Translations under genes and position numbers: made by a program
From: an uncultured Synechococcaceae cyanobacterium
Lineage (GTDB): Bacteria; Cyanobacteriota; Cyanobacteriia; PCC-6307; Cyanobiaceae
Direction of reading: 5' to 3'
Length of the DNA: 64,000 nucleotides
Assembly (NCBI GenBank): GCA_902537395.1
Contig: CACBBE010000002.1
Span: forward strand, 3,058-67,057
Notes under the pieces: generated by a model
Told to the model about the DNA's origin: nothing
What the model saw: the letters and a program-made list of their open reading frames with translations, nothing else
The model's database searches: none
Shown here: piece by piece, positions 24,310-35,868 of the stretch
Layout of the letters: each line of letters starts with the position of its first letter
How positions within the stretch are numbered: the first letter of the stretch is position 1

Positions 24310-24895
24310 TAATTTCATCGATTATTTTGTCAACCACAGATTGATTTCTTACAAGGTTTCTATGTTTATATACTTTTACTGATATTTTTTTCCCAAAATT
24401 TAAATTTGTCCACCAGCCTGGGAAAACCATCATATCCCAATAAGTAAAGAAATTTATACACTCTACATCCTCAAGAAAAACATCATTATTTGCGAGTCCT
24501 CTTAAAAACTTACTATTTATTTTCATTTCTGATATTCCTCTAAAGGGGTATTTAGGTATTAATTGAGCCATCAAAGTTCCTTTGTGAGGGGAACCTATAG
24601 ATATTAATCTTCTTGTTCGTTTATACCCATTAAATTTTTGAAGCCAGTATCTGCCAATTATTCCTCCCATAGAAAATCCCAAAATATCTATTTCTTTTTC
24701 TAAACCATATTTCTCTAAAATTAATTCGTTTAATTTATTAGTCAAATCCAGAATTGAAGTCATTCCATATGAATGCTTTAGAGTTGGGGCAAGATATTCA
24801 ATGCCAATATCATCAAGTTTTGAAGTAATAGAAGAAAAAATACTTGAATTATTCCAAAGACCATGAATCAATATAATGGGATTTCTTTGTTCCAA
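24302..24895 (-). CDS. Alpha/beta hydrolase (lipase/esterase)
   Basis: IHGL, GFSMGG nucleophile elbow, GSPHKGT. Confidence 0.88.
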   Translation of the reverse strand: MEQRNPIILIHGLWNNSSIFSSITSKLDDIGIEYLAPTLKHSYGMTSILDLTNKLNELILEKYGLEKEIDILGFSMGGIIGRYWLQKFNGYKRTRRLISIGSPHKGTLMAQLIPKYPFRGISEMKINSKFLRGLANNDVFLEDVECINFFTYWDMMVFPGWWTNLNFGKKISVKVYKHRNLVRNQSVVDKIIDEIIM

Positions 24896-24903
24896 TACTT
24901 TTA

Positions 24904-25263
24904 TTATTTTTCAAGAATTCTTACAATTGAAACCTTCCCATCGAAACCTGTGATTGGAGGATTACATTTTGTCAAAATAATTTTAACTTTAGAAAGCTTA
25001 AATTCCTGATCAATGATTTCTAAAATTGCGTTTGAATATTTTTCGATTGTGAAACAATATATTTTCTTTGATTGATCTTTTAAAATTTGAACTAATTTTG
25101 AATAGTCAATTGTTTTTTTTATATCATCATTTATTGTACATTTTTCAAAATCAGTCCACAAAAATATATCTATAGTAAATAGTTGTCCTAATTCCCTTTC
25201 TTCTTCAAGAACGCCAACCCTAGCCCAAAGTTTAATATTCTCAATTTTTAAAAAAGTTTCCAT
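24904..25263 (-). CDS. folB: Dihydroneopterin aldolase
   Basis: GVLEEERELGQ.F.ID, TIDYS, TIE, K..PPI. Confidence 0.92.
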   Translation of the reverse strand: METFLKIENIKLWARVGVLEEERELGQLFTIDIFLWTDFEKCTINDDIKKTIDYSKLVQILKDQSKKIYCFTIEKYSNAILEIIDQEFKLSKVKIILTKCNPPITGFDGKVSIVRILEK

Positions 25264-25274
25264 CTTTAAAAGTT

Positions 25275-26585
25275 TTAAAGATCTTTATGTGTATAGATAG
25301 CTTTTCCTGATGAAAAATCATCAACTAGATTCCCATCACCTTTTAGGAAATATTTATAAGTTACCAAACCTTCTAGACCAACGGGTCCCCTTGGTGGAAG
25401 GCTTTGAGTAGATATGCCAACTTCAGCGCCGAATCCGTATCTAAACCCATCTGCAAACCTAGTAGAGCAATTATGAAAAACACCTGCACTATCAACTACA
25501 TTCATAAATTTATTGGCAGTATTTGAATTTTCAGTAATTATTCCATCTGTATGTTTTGAACTATATTTTTGAATATGTGTGATTGCTTCCTCAAGATCAT
25601 CAACAATTTTTATCGATAGAATTAAATCCAAATATTCAGTTTCCCAATCTTCTAGGCTAGCCTCATACTTTACCCCTAACTCAACTGATCTCTTATCCCC
25701 GAGTAATTTAACATCATTAGAATTAAATAGAGGGATGGCCTTTTCTAAAAAAGCTGGTGCGATATCTTTATGGACTAATAAAGTTTCGATAGCATTACAT
25801 GCTGCAGGATATTGATTTTTGCTATCCAAAGCGACTGATAAAGCCATCTCTAGATTAGCCTCAATATCTATAAATAAGTGACAAATTCCATCAGCATGGC
25901 CTAGAACAGGAATTCTTGTATTCTCTTGAATAAATTTAACTAATTCATTACTTCCTCTTGGGATTATTAAATTAATATATTTTTCAAGATTTAACATCGC
26001 CATGCTATCTTTTCTGGTTGTTAATAAACATATTGCATTTTTGTCAAGACCTGATTCATTTAAACCTTCTTGCAATGCTTTCACTATTGAAGTATTTGTT
26101 AAATTCGCTTCACTACCACCTTTTAGCATTACTCCATTACCTGATCTTATTGCTAAAGAACTAATCTGCATCACGGCATCTGGCCTTGATTCAAAAATAA
26201 CCCCTAAAACTCCAATTGGCACAGTTTTTCTCTCTAAGATCAACCCCTTTGAAAGCTCTCTTTTTATTTGAACTTGATTTACAGGATCCGCCAAGTCTCC
26301 AACTTTTCTTACCCCTTCAATTGCCGAATTTAATTTTGATTTTGATAACTTTAATCTAGAAAGTAAAGCTCTAGAAATACCCTTTTTTTCTGCATTTAAA
26401 TAATCCGTATTATTAGCCTCTAATATTTCTTTAGAATTTTTTTCTAGATAATTAGCCATAAAATTTAAGGCTTTAATTCGATTTTGATTTTCAGTCTGAC
26501 TTATTTTTATTGATGCCAAACGAACTTTCTCAGTTTTTTCTAGAAGATCATTCCCTGGTTGAGGAACTTCAAAGATATTAGCCAT
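25275..26585 (-). CDS. proA: Gamma-glutamyl phosphate reductase
   Basis: VPIGVLGVIFESRP, IPRGS, ACNAIETLLVH, STRFADG, RGPVGL. Confidence 0.97.
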   Translation of the reverse strand: MANIFEVPQPGNDLLEKTEKVRLASIKISQTENQNRIKALNFMANYLEKNSKEILEANNTDYLNAEKKGISRALLSRLKLSKSKLNSAIEGVRKVGDLADPVNQVQIKRELSKGLILERKTVPIGVLGVIFESRPDAVMQISSLAIRSGNGVMLKGGSEANLTNTSIVKALQEGLNESGLDKNAICLLTTRKDSMAMLNLEKYINLIIPRGSNELVKFIQENTRIPVLGHADGICHLFIDIEANLEMALSVALDSKNQYPAACNAIETLLVHKDIAPAFLEKAIPLFNSNDVKLLGDKRSVELGVKYEASLEDWETEYLDLILSIKIVDDLEEAITHIQKYSSKHTDGIITENSNTANKFMNVVDSAGVFHNCSTRFADGFRYGFGAEVGISTQSLPPRGPVGLEGLVTYKYFLKGDGNLVDDFSSGKAIYTHKDL

Positions 26586-26651
26586 AATATTTTTTAGTTA
26601 ATCTAATGATAATTCAAATTCAAGATTCTTTAAAGTGAATTTCTTTCTGAA

Positions 26652-29600
26652 TTAATATCTAAAAAATAATTGAACTTGACTTTTCCAATCCCCATTGGAA
26701 TCATAAGAACCTAATAATTCTAAGTTTGGATTTGCCTGAAAAGTCAAAATTCCCAAAGGTGAAATATCATCTCTACCAGGAACCGTTTGAAAGGCAAAAT
26801 TTATAGCATCAGTAATATCAAACCCTATTTCAGCAACCCAAGCCTCAGAAGAAAATTCCTCATTAGAAGATGATTGACCATCATTCTCTATATCTACATT
26901 TTCATTGGAAAAAATATTATTTAATGAATCATTATTTTCTATTATCGCTGGATATAGAGATAACTGAAATCTTTCACTGAATGCATCAGCATTATTAAGT
27001 TGAGAAATAAATGCTCTATTTATTAAATTTGCAGAGTTACCTCCAATCAAGCCAATTATTTGTGACCTATTATAACTTGGCGTGCTCCTTAATTGGATTC
27101 TTCTATTTTCATCAGCAAAAGATAATTGATCTAAAAATCCTTCATAGGATGCTTCAATTTTGATAAGCCTTGAATTACCAATGCCAAATGATCCCAAACC
27201 ACTAGAAGTCGCATTTACATCAAGATCACCTGAGATGTTTGAATCCTGATTATTTTCACTTATAGGTATTATAGAATCTGGAACTTTACTAACAAGAGAA
27301 AAATTAATAAATGGAACGACGCCACTTCTTGATGCAAATAAAATATAATTGTCTTTATTTTTATCAAGTTTAAATGGAGTAGTATAAAGATTAGCCCTAC
27401 CTTTTTTAAGGTAAATTAGACCTCTAGCATTTAAATCTTTACCTACCTTTCCTTTTATATTAAGGTCTAATTTAGTATCTAAATAAGCTTGAATTAATTC
27501 TGAATATTGAAGTTTAAAATCTGGACCAAGTTTCAATTTAAGATTATTAAAACTCAAATTATCCAAATAATTAGGCAAAGTTTCTCCCAAAAGAACCGAA
27601 TTCAAAATTGTTTCATTTGAAATTATTTCAATATTCTTTTTATTATTCCAATAGAGTTCTGCCCAATCATTTTCATCATCTTTTCGAATAATTTTTTTTC
27701 TTTTTTTATTATTTTGATTGGTACTATTTAAATTAATAAATCCATTATTAAAAGATAGGGAACCTCCCAAAACAGGACTTTCAAATGATCCACTTAAATC
27801 AATATCTGAATCTATTAAAAAATTAAAATTATCTTTCTCTAAAGTAAATCTTTTTGTTATAAGATTAATTTTTGCCTTCTCGGAATCATTCTTACTGTAA
27901 AAAGGCAAAGATCCTTTTATAAAAATTTCTCCAGAATCTTCAGACTTTGCTTGTAGATTATTGATCTCTAAAGAATCAAAATCAAAAATTATTATGCTAT
28001 TAATATCTTTTATTATATTATTGAAAAAATCAATTTCAGAATCTTTAATTACTACAAACCCATTTAATAGAGGTTTATTTAAGGTACCTTTTAGAATAAT
28101 TCTAAGATTCACATCACCTTCTTTAAAGGTAAAGTATTCATCAGCATAAATATCAATTAACTCAATAAATTTTCCATTCCCAATCAATCTTAGATCTAAG
28201 TTATCTGATTTATTTATAGGTATCGAGCCTTGAATATTAATTGGAATTTCAGAATCATTTATTAGAAGGGAAAAATCAATATCAAAAACAGAATTATCAA
28301 ATTCAACTAGTCCTTTATCAAATATTATTTTTTTATTTTTAATTGATGAATTATTGGAAGAAATTTCGCTAGAGAAAGATTTTGTATCAAGATCATAAAA
28401 TAAATTCATATCTATCCCTCCAAGAAAATCTCTTGGTTTATTTAAAAAGATATTTGCAGTACTTAATGGTAATTTATTAATTTTTAAAGAACCTTTACCT
28501 GTTAATAATCCTCCTTCCAAATCAATAGAAAATTCCTTTTTATTATTCTTGGAGTCATCTATAGGTATATCAAGATAGCCATTTAATTTTGCATTCAATT
28601 TATAATTTACTGGTTTATCGCCCTGAATAGTAATTTTTCCATTGTATCTACTTCTAAATTTATTTAAATATTTTTGCAAATTTAATTTTTCCTCAAGCAC
28701 ATTACTATTTTCAATAAAGTTATTTATAAAATCGATCCTCTCCTTAAATGATTTATTATCATTATTTATTTCCAAATCATTCAAAATATTCGATTTACTT
28801 ATGGGAATAACTTTTTTATTATCAAAGTTAAAAATATCAACTGCGGTAAGGATAGTCCAACTAGTGCTTACATTAGTGAATTCTGAGTTAATAAAATTAT
28901 TTTTATTTGAATCATATTCGACTTCAATTACTCCTCCATCAATTGGATACAATGAAGAATTTATATAAAAATAATTATTTTTGACACTGAAATCAAATAA
29001 TGAATTAGCTAGATTAATATTTCTATATTTACCTAAACTCCAAGCAAGTCGGCCAACAAGGGATGACTGGTCTGACGAAATTGATCCCTCACCATTAATA
29101 ATTCCATCAATTCTATCGAATTGATTTTTGTTTAAAGATAATTCAAGTTCATCAAGAGGAAAATTATCTGCGCGCCAGTTATAACTATCGTCATCTTTGA
29201 CTATACTCACAGTGCCTTTATTTGAGTTAAAAACTCTTATAAAATTTGCATTATCTAGTTTAAGATCAGAATCAAACTTAATTGAAAGAAATGAAGGGAT
29301 TGGAGAATATCTATTTTTCATATTTAGCAGAAATTCATTATTTTCATTTTTAATATCTCCCTCCCATGTTTCTCTAATACGGACTCCTTTAAAGTGCGGA
29401 TAATCAACATTAAAGTTTATAGAAATATCAGGATCAGTAATTTTTCCTTTTAATTCTCCTTTAGCAGTAATGAAACCCCTTATATCATTTTTTCGGAAAA
29501 TATTTAAATTAGATAATTGAGTTCTATTTATTCTGAAACTAGTATCTATATCACCAAAATTAATACCTCTTCTATCAAACCAGTAGGGCATATTACCCGA

Positions 29601-30611
29601 TAATTTGATATCTGGATTCAGGCTATTAATGTATCCAATACTTCCTATTAGATCAATATTATTGGAACTTTTATTTAATGGTACATTGAGATTAAAATTC
29701 GAAGTCAAAGTTCCATAATTTAATTTTTCTGAATTAACAATTAAATTATTATCTTTACAAAAAAACCTAGTCGAATTTGAATTTATATTCTCTACTAAAT
29801 TTTCTGGTTTTATTTTTAAATTAGTAAAAGAAAATATTCCTTCACAAAATATACGCTTTGATGATTTATTAAATTTAAAGTTAGATTTAAAGTTACCCTT
29901 TTTAAAGCTAATTTTTCTATTACCAATAATATATGAGGAATTCTCAAGATCTAAACCCTTAGAAAATAAATCCAGTTTTAAAAAGTCTTGATTTAATTTT
30001 ATATTAAATTTAAATTTCAAAAAACCCTTTTCATCAAAATTTGATTTTACATTTGCAATGATTTGTCTATCTTTTGACTTGTAAATAACATTACCTTTTA
30101 CTTTTGTTTTTAATCCTGCTTTATTAAAATACAGATCTGAATATTTATTTAAGTGAAAATTCAATTCATACTTTGATTGCGATTTTTTTGTACTTCGAGC
30201 ATTTTTATAAGATTTGTCCCTTTTAAAAAAATCTCTATCTACATTTATGGCAGCTTCCTTAGGAATTATTTTTACAATCCATTTTTGTTTTAAAAAAGAT
30301 CTAAAAGGCATAATGCCCACATATACATTTTTAGCTTTAATTTCAGAATCTATATTTTTTTTATCATTAATTTTTGAATTACCCAAAGAAATACCTAGAA
30401 ATCTAATCCCGACAAACTCACCTAAATCAACATTCTTATCTAAAAGATTCTCAATACTTTCTTCTATTTTTAATTTCCTAGAACTATAAGTTTCTTTTAA
30501 AAAATTATTTAATAAAAAAGTGCCTAAATAACTCAAGGGGAAAAGCATCCCTAACAAAAGAATCTTAGTATTTAAATTTAGAGATCTAATTTTTTTCAAG
30601 TTAGAGCCCAA
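26652..30611 (-). CDS. tamB: TamB/DUF490-like translocation and assembly module protein
   Basis: 1319 aa, N-terminal TM anchor, long amphipathic beta-strand body (G.I.DP, G.L..P.LNG repeats), LRSTP, C-terminal QLFFRY. Confidence 0.75.
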   Translation of the reverse strand: MGSNLKKIRSLNLNTKILLLGMLFPLSYLGTFLLNNFLKETYSSRKLKIEESIENLLDKNVDLGEFVGIRFLGISLGNSKINDKKNIDSEIKAKNVYVGIMPFRSFLKQKWIVKIIPKEAAINVDRDFFKRDKSYKNARSTKKSQSKYELNFHLNKYSDLYFNKAGLKTKVKGNVIYKSKDRQIIANVKSNFDEKGFLKFKFNIKLNQDFLKLDLFSKGLDLENSSYIIGNRKISFKKGNFKSNFKFNKSSKRIFCEGIFSFTNLKIKPENLVENINSNSTRFFCKDNNLIVNSEKLNYGTLTSNFNLNVPLNKSSNNIDLIGSIGYINSLNPDIKLSGNMPYWFDRRGINFGDIDTSFRINRTQLSNLNIFRKNDIRGFITAKGELKGKITDPDISINFNVDYPHFKGVRIRETWEGDIKNENNEFLLNMKNRYSPIPSFLSIKFDSDLKLDNANFIRVFNSNKGTVSIVKDDDSYNWRADNFPLDELELSLNKNQFDRIDGIINGEGSISSDQSSLVGRLAWSLGKYRNINLANSLFDFSVKNNYFYINSSLYPIDGGVIEVEYDSNKNNFINSEFTNVSTSWTILTAVDIFNFDNKKVIPISKSNILNDLEINNDNKSFKERIDFINNFIENSNVLEEKLNLQKYLNKFRSRYNGKITIQGDKPVNYKLNAKLNGYLDIPIDDSKNNKKEFSIDLEGGLLTGKGSLKINKLPLSTANIFLNKPRDFLGGIDMNLFYDLDTKSFSSEISSNNSSIKNKKIIFDKGLVEFDNSVFDIDFSLLINDSEIPINIQGSIPINKSDNLDLRLIGNGKFIELIDIYADEYFTFKEGDVNLRIILKGTLNKPLLNGFVVIKDSEIDFFNNIIKDINSIIIFDFDSLEINNLQAKSEDSGEIFIKGSLPFYSKNDSEKAKINLITKRFTLEKDNFNFLIDSDIDLSGSFESPVLGGSLSFNNGFINLNSTNQNNKKRKKIIRKDDENDWAELYWNNKKNIEIISNETILNSVLLGETLPNYLDNLSFNNLKLKLGPDFKLQYSELIQAYLDTKLDLNIKGKVGKDLNARGLIYLKKGRANLYTTPFKLDKNKDNYILFASRSGVVPFINFSLVSKVPDSIIPISENNQDSNISGDLDVNATSSGLGSFGIGNSRLIKIEASYEGFLDQLSFADENRRIQLRSTPSYNRSQIIGLIGGNSANLINRAFISQLNNADAFSERFQLSLYPAIIENNDSLNNIFSNENVDIENDGQSSSNEEFSSEAWVAEIGFDITDAINFAFQTVPGRDDISPLGILTFQANPNLELLGSYDSNGDWKSQVQLFFRY

Positions 30612-30662
30612 AATAGAGTAGGCTTACAAAATATAAGAAATTAATCAGGCTAAAGCCACTAA

Positions 30663-31106
30663 ATGTCTTTTTTTGAACTATTAGAGAACACACCCAAAAT
30701 TTTTGGATTCTTTGGAGTATTTCTTTTTATTTGTACCCTAGCAGCTTTTATATTTAATTTTGGCTTTAAATTTCGAATAATAGGAGCAACCATTTTCTCA
30801 TTATTACTTTCTTTAAGCAGTTGGGCATTTATACAAGGTTATACTGAAAAAGTAGTAATAGATGATGCAAAATATGTCCCAATTGTTTATGACAATGGGT
30901 TCGATTTAATTATTGTTAAAGCAGATGATGATTTCCCAGAAGAGTCTATTAAACCAACTTTAAAACAATTATCGGAAAACTTAAGGAATGGTAGCAGATC
31001 TGGTGCGAATGTAAAAATAAAGATAAGAAAACTTGAAAAAATTTCAGATGGTGTAAGTAAACCTGTGGTTATAGGAGAAGTTCAGAAAAATGTCAAAATG
31101 AATTAG
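30663..31106 (+). CDS. Ycf51/DUF2518 family membrane protein
   Basis: Two TM helices around FRIIGAT, then IVYDNG. Confidence 0.8.
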   Translation: MSFFELLENTPKIFGFFGVFLFICTLAAFIFNFGFKFRIIGATIFSLLLSLSSWAFIQGYTEKVVIDDAKYVPIVYDNGFDLIIVKADDDFPEESIKPTLKQLSENLRNGSRSGANVKIKIRKLEKISDGVSKPVVIGEVQKNVKMN

Positions 31107-31117
31107 TCTCTTAAACA

Positions 31118-31513
31118 ATGGAAAGAAAAACCTTTTTAGATTTTTTACCAACTAACTTTAGACATGAGAAATCTTTTTTTATTCAAAACAATCTAACTGA
31201 CTTTGAAAAATTAAGTAATCTTTCAGACCTAGATATAAATGAGATTCAAAGAAAATCTTCACTATGTACATTGAATAATCTTAAGAAAATTAGAGCTATA
31301 GCTATTTTCAAAAAAGAAATTGGAATTTCTCCACCGCAAGCATATTTACTTTTACATTGCGGTATATCTTCTATAAAATCATTATCACTATCTACTCCTT
31401 ACGAATTAGAACGCAAAATTGGTAGATTAGAAAGAGCTCTTAGAGTAAAAACTAAAACAGATACAACTTTTACTCTCTTAAAAGAATGGATTAAAAAAGC
31501 TAGTCAAATATAA
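31118..31513 (+). CDS. DUF4332 family protein (helix-hairpin-helix-like)
   Basis: GISPPQAYLLLHCGISS and terminal WIKKA pattern. Confidence 0.75.
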   Translation: MERKTFLDFLPTNFRHEKSFFIQNNLTDFEKLSNLSDLDINEIQRKSSLCTLNNLKKIRAIAIFKKEIGISPPQAYLLLHCGISSIKSLSLSTPYELERKIGRLERALRVKTKTDTTFTLLKEWIKKASQI

Positions 31514-31578
31514 AAATCCATTTGAAATCTTGGTTAAAAAAATTTTTTAATGTAGAATTTAAAAAAAAGTTGGTAATA

Positions 31579-31845
31579 ATGAAACCTTTTTTATCTTTGT
31601 TATTTTTGTTTTCCAATTCTTTAAACCCTGTTTTTAGTCAATCTAACTTATTAGAAAGTGTAAAAAAGAATCCAAACGAAGCTAGGAATTTATGTGACAA
31701 GTTTAGAGATTTTAATTCAAAAGGAATTTCAGCTAGTTCAGATAAAGCTATAGAGTATGTATCCAACAAAAAAAAGTTAACTCCCGTTAACGCAGAGATC
31801 TTTTCTATTTACGTCATCGGGCTGCACTGTCCAGATATTATCTAA
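31579..31845 (+). CDS. Small exported hypothetical protein with two Cys
   Basis: The in-frame ATG at 31579 gives a signal-peptide-like N-terminus; LCDKF...GLHCPD. Confidence 0.7.
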   Translation: MKPFLSLLFLFSNSLNPVFSQSNLLESVKKNPNEARNLCDKFRDFNSKGISASSDKAIEYVSNKKKLTPVNAEIFSIYVIGLHCPDII

Positions 31846-31852
31846 AGCCTAA

Positions 31853-33433
31853 ATGTCTGGTTCAAGATGGTTTGACAAGTCTCTATTACTTAGAGATGGA
31901 GTAAAACTTTTTTCAAGGATTTGGTTACCTAATAGTAATGGGCCATGGCCTGCATTATTAATGAGACAACCTTATGGAAGGGAAATAGCTTCAACCATTA
32001 CCTATTCTCATCCTCAATGGTGGGCTTCTAAGGGGTATATGGTAATCATTCAGGATGTTAGGGGGATGGGTAATTCTGAAGGAGTTTTTAATGGTTTCAA
32101 ACAAGAAGCTAGCGATTCTTCAGAAACACATGAATGGGTAAGATCCCTAAAAGAATGTAATGGAAAACTTGGCTTATATGGGTTTTCATATCAAGGATTT
32201 ACTCAACTAACTGGTGAATTAAATTCAAAGCCGCCTGATTGTTTATCTCCAGCAATGACTGGGATGAATATTAAGGATCATTGGTGCTCAGATGGAGGAG
32301 CATATTGGTGGCATAACAATATTGCATGGGGACTTCAAATCGCAGCACTAAAAATGAAAAGAGAAAATAAATTGCTTGAGTGGGAAAAGATAAGATTAGC
32401 TTTAGAAAATAAAAGTTATTTAAGGGAAGGAATTGATACTTTAAAAAAATATGATCCTAATAGCTTTGTTTTGGAATGGCTTAAAAATTTAAATGATGCT
32501 CGCCCATTTGAAGAATTTAAACCAATTTCAACATGGATTAAACAACCTATGTTAATTATTGGAGGGCTTTGGGATCCACATTTAAAAGGTGCCTTTGATC
32601 TTTATCAAAAATCTAAAGAAGCTGGTGGGAGCCCAGAGATTATCATTGGGAATGCGACACATCTTAATTGGTGGGAGGGGTCACAAGAATCTTTATTAAA
32701 ATTTTTTGATAAACATTTAAAATCAGATGAAAAATTTAATTCTAAGAATTTTAAAGACGAAAAAAAAATATGGAATATTACATTAAATAAATGGGAAGAA
32801 TTGGATAATAAATTTCATCCTGAATTTATTTTTGGGCTCAAAAGCGATGGAAAAGCGAATGAAGAGGTTGAAGATGGAAGTCTGACCATAAATTCAAAAG
32901 GATCAGGATGGTTCACAATTGTTAATGACCCATGGAGACCTACTCCATCTGACGGCGGGCATTTAGGTCCAAATCCAGGAAAGTTTAATAGAAGTATTAT
33001 TGATAAACGCCTAGATGTAGGTGTTTTTCAAACCAATTCTTTTGAAAAAGATCAATATTTAAGAGGAGTTCCCTCATTAGAAATCATAGTAAAAAGTGAT
33101 CAGCCCAATTTCGATATCTGCCTTGCTTTATCTCTAGTTGAAGAAGGTAATGAAAAGGTCAATCAATTTTCAACCGGATTCTTAAGGGTTAAAAACTCCA
33201 AAATAAGTGAAGAATGCATTTATCAAATAACAATGCAGCCAACAAATATTTCTTTAATTAAAGATAGCAAGCTTCGCTTATCTATATCTGCAGCTGCTTA
33301 TCCCGCTATTGGAGTTAATCCTGGATTTGGGGATGGGAATGTTGGAGCGCCTTCAGCAAATCATAGAGTTATTACTCTAAGTTTTTGCCTTAATAAAACA
33401 TTTATGAAAATGACCCCTTTTTTTAATAAATAA
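31853..33433 (+). CDS. CocE/NonD family serine hydrolase
   Basis: RDGVKL, RQPYG, QDVRG.G.SEG, GFSYQG nucleophile motif. Confidence 0.9.
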   Translation: MSGSRWFDKSLLLRDGVKLFSRIWLPNSNGPWPALLMRQPYGREIASTITYSHPQWWASKGYMVIIQDVRGMGNSEGVFNGFKQEASDSSETHEWVRSLKECNGKLGLYGFSYQGFTQLTGELNSKPPDCLSPAMTGMNIKDHWCSDGGAYWWHNNIAWGLQIAALKMKRENKLLEWEKIRLALENKSYLREGIDTLKKYDPNSFVLEWLKNLNDARPFEEFKPISTWIKQPMLIIGGLWDPHLKGAFDLYQKSKEAGGSPEIIIGNATHLNWWEGSQESLLKFFDKHLKSDEKFNSKNFKDEKKIWNITLNKWEELDNKFHPEFIFGLKSDGKANEEVEDGSLTINSKGSGWFTIVNDPWRPTPSDGGHLGPNPGKFNRSIIDKRLDVGVFQTNSFEKDQYLRGVPSLEIIVKSDQPNFDICLALSLVEEGNEKVNQFSTGFLRVKNSKISEECIYQITMQPTNISLIKDSKLRLSISAAAYPAIGVNPGFGDGNVGAPSANHRVITLSFCLNKTFMKMTPFFNK

Positions 33434-33485
33434 TTATTTTTTTGGTTAATCATTTGATATTATTAATCCTTAATATCTACCAGTC

Positions 33486-35750
33486 ATGATCGAGACATTT
33501 CAAGCAGACTGGATTAAATCAGAAGCTATCAACTTAGAAAATTGTTGCAATGATAATCCATTAAAAATATTAGGTCCTCATTTTTATGAAGAAAAATGGG
33601 TAATTAGGGTATGGATGCCTGAGGCCGACGAAGTTAAAATAAATTTTAAAAACAATACTTATAAGGCTGAAAGCATAAACCATAAGTGGCTTTTTGAAGC
33701 TATCCTGCCTGAGAATCCAAATTATAATTACGAAATAAATATTTCACGAGGGGGGATCAAACATACACAAAATGACCCTTGGTCATATAGAGAAGAGTGG
33801 ATGGGAGAAGTTGATAGACACCTTTTTGCAGAAGGTAATCATCATCATATTTGGGAAAAAATGGGAGCACATCTCATTGAAGAAAATAATCAAAAAGGGG
33901 TCATGTTTTGCATTTGGGCTCCAAATGCAAAATCAATCTCGATAATTGGAGATATAAATTCTTGGGATGGAAGACATCATCCAATGCAAAAAAGATTAGG
34001 GGGAATTTGGGAACTATTCATGCCATCAATGCAAGAGGGCGACACATATAAATACGAAATAAGAACACAACAAGGTCATATTTATGAGAAAGCTGATCCA
34101 TATGGTTTCCTTCATGAAATCAGACCTCAGAATGGTTCAATAGTTTCAAAATTGAAAAACTTTAATTGGAATGATAGTTCTTGGGTTTCAAATAGAGATT
34201 CTTCTAGTCAAATTAACAAACCAATTTCAGTTTATGAAATGCATCTAGGAAGTTGGCTCCATGAATCAACAGATAATAAATTTCTGGAGGACAATGGTAA
34301 TGCAAGAGACCCAGTGCCTGCAGCCGATTTAAAACCTGGAACAAGATTATTAACTTATCCAGAATTAACCGAGAAACTCATCCCTTATGTAAAAGAGAGA
34401 GGATTTACTCATATTGAACTAATGCCAATATCTGAACATCCTTTCGATGGTTCATGGGGATACCAAGTCACAGGCTGGTATGCACCAACAAGTAGATTTG
34501 GCACCCCAAATGAATTTAGAGAGTTTGTTAATAAATGTCATGAAGAGGGCATAGGCGTAATTCTTGATTGGGTGCCTGGTCATTTTCCAAAAGATAAGCA
34601 TGGTTTAGCATTTTTTGATGGTTGTCATCTTTATGAACATGGAGATTCACGCATAGGTGAACACAAAGAATGGGGAACCCTAATTTTTAATTACAGCAGA
34701 AACGAAGTAAGAAATTTCTTAGTAGCCAATCTAGTTTATTGGTTTGAAGAGTTTCATATTGATGGCATAAGAGTAGATGCTGTAGCTTCAATGCTTTACA
34801 GAGATTATCTCCGTCCAGATGGAGAATGGATACCCAATGAAAATGGTGGAAATGAAAATATAGAAGCCGTTAAATTTCTTCAACAAGCTAATCATGTACT
34901 CTTCCAACATTTCCCAGGTGCACTTTCTATTGCTGAAGAATCAACAACTTGGCCAATGGTAACCCAACCCACTGACATAGGCGGGTTAGGGTTTAACTTG
35001 AAATGGAATATGGGATGGATGCACGATATGCTCGATTATTTTGAAATTGATCCTTGGTTTAGGCAATTCCATCAAAACAGTGTAACTTTCTCAATAACAT
35101 ATAACTATACAGAAAACTTTATGCTTGCTCTTAGTCATGATGAGGTTGTCCATGGGAAAAGTCATCTTTTGCACAAAATGCCTGGGGATGACTGGAAGAA
35201 GTTTGCAAATACTAGAGCTTTACTAACTTATATGTGGACCCACCCTGGTAAAAAAACGATCTTTATGGGAATGGAATTTGGACAAAGACAAGAATGGAAT
35301 GTTTGGGATGATTTGCAATGGGAGTTACTAGAGTTTGATCCTCATAAAGGGATCAGAAACTTGATTGATGATCTCAACGCATTTTATAAAAATGAACCTG
35401 CATTATGGAAAAATGACTTTGATCCTTATGGATTTCAATGGATTGATTGTAATGACAAATCTAATTCAGTTATAAGTTTCATGAGAAGAGAAAACGATAC
35501 CAATGAGTGGCTTGTTGTTGTTGCTAACTTTACACCTAATACTCATGGGTCGTACAAAGTAGGTGTTCCTGTAGAAGGATTCTATAAAGAAATATTCAAT
35601 TCAGATAGCTCTAGATACGGGGGCAGTAACAAAGGAAATATGGGGGGTAAAGAAACTATAAATTACAATATTCATGACTATCAAAATGCTCTAGAAATTG
35701 CTTTGCCACCATTAAGCGTGAGTATCTTCAAGCATCAATCAAAAAAATAA
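33486..35750 (+). CDS. glgB: 1,4-alpha-glucan branching enzyme
   Basis: [39 protein letters not shown]. Confidence 0.98.
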   Translation: MIETFQADWIKSEAINLENCCNDNPLKILGPHFYEEKWVIRVWMPEADEVKINFKNNTYKAESINHKWLFEAILPENPNYNYEINISRGGIKHTQNDPWSYREEWMGEVDRHLFAEGNHHHIWEKMGAHLIEENNQKGVMFCIWAPNAKSISIIGDINSWDGRHHPMQKRLGGIWELFMPSMQEGDTYKYEIRTQQGHIYEKADPYGFLHEIRPQNGSIVSKLKNFNWNDSSWVSNRDSSSQINKPISVYEMHLGSWLHESTDNKFLEDNGNARDPVPAADLKPGTRLLTYPELTEKLIPYVKERGFTHIELMPISEHPFDGSWGYQVTGWYAPTSRFGTPNEFREFVNKCHEEGIGVILDWVPGHFPKDKHGLAFFDGCHLYEHGDSRIGEHKEWGTLIFNYSRNEVRNFLVANLVYWFEEFHIDGIRVDAVASMLYRDYLRPDGEWIPNENGGNENIEAVKFLQQANHVLFQHFPGALSIAEESTTWPMVTQPTDIGGLGFNLKWNMGWMHDMLDYFEIDPWFRQFHQNSVTFSITYNYTENFMLALSHDEVVHGKSHLLHKMPGDDWKKFANTRALLTYMWTHPGKKTIFMGMEFGQRQEWNVWDDLQWELLEFDPHKGIRNLIDDLNAFYKNEPALWKNDFDPYGFQWIDCNDKSNSVISFMRRENDTNEWLVVVANFTPNTHGSYKVGVPVEGFYKEIFNSDSSRYGGSNKGNMGGKETINYNIHDYQNALEIALPPLSVSIFKHQSKK

Positions 35751-35868
35751 GAAGGCTCATTTAACTTAGTGCTTCATATAAATGTTCATATAACGCTTTT
35801 GCTCTGCTTTGCATTGTAAGATTTTTAAGTTGGATTTTAATTTTTTTTAAAAAATATCGAATTGAAAA

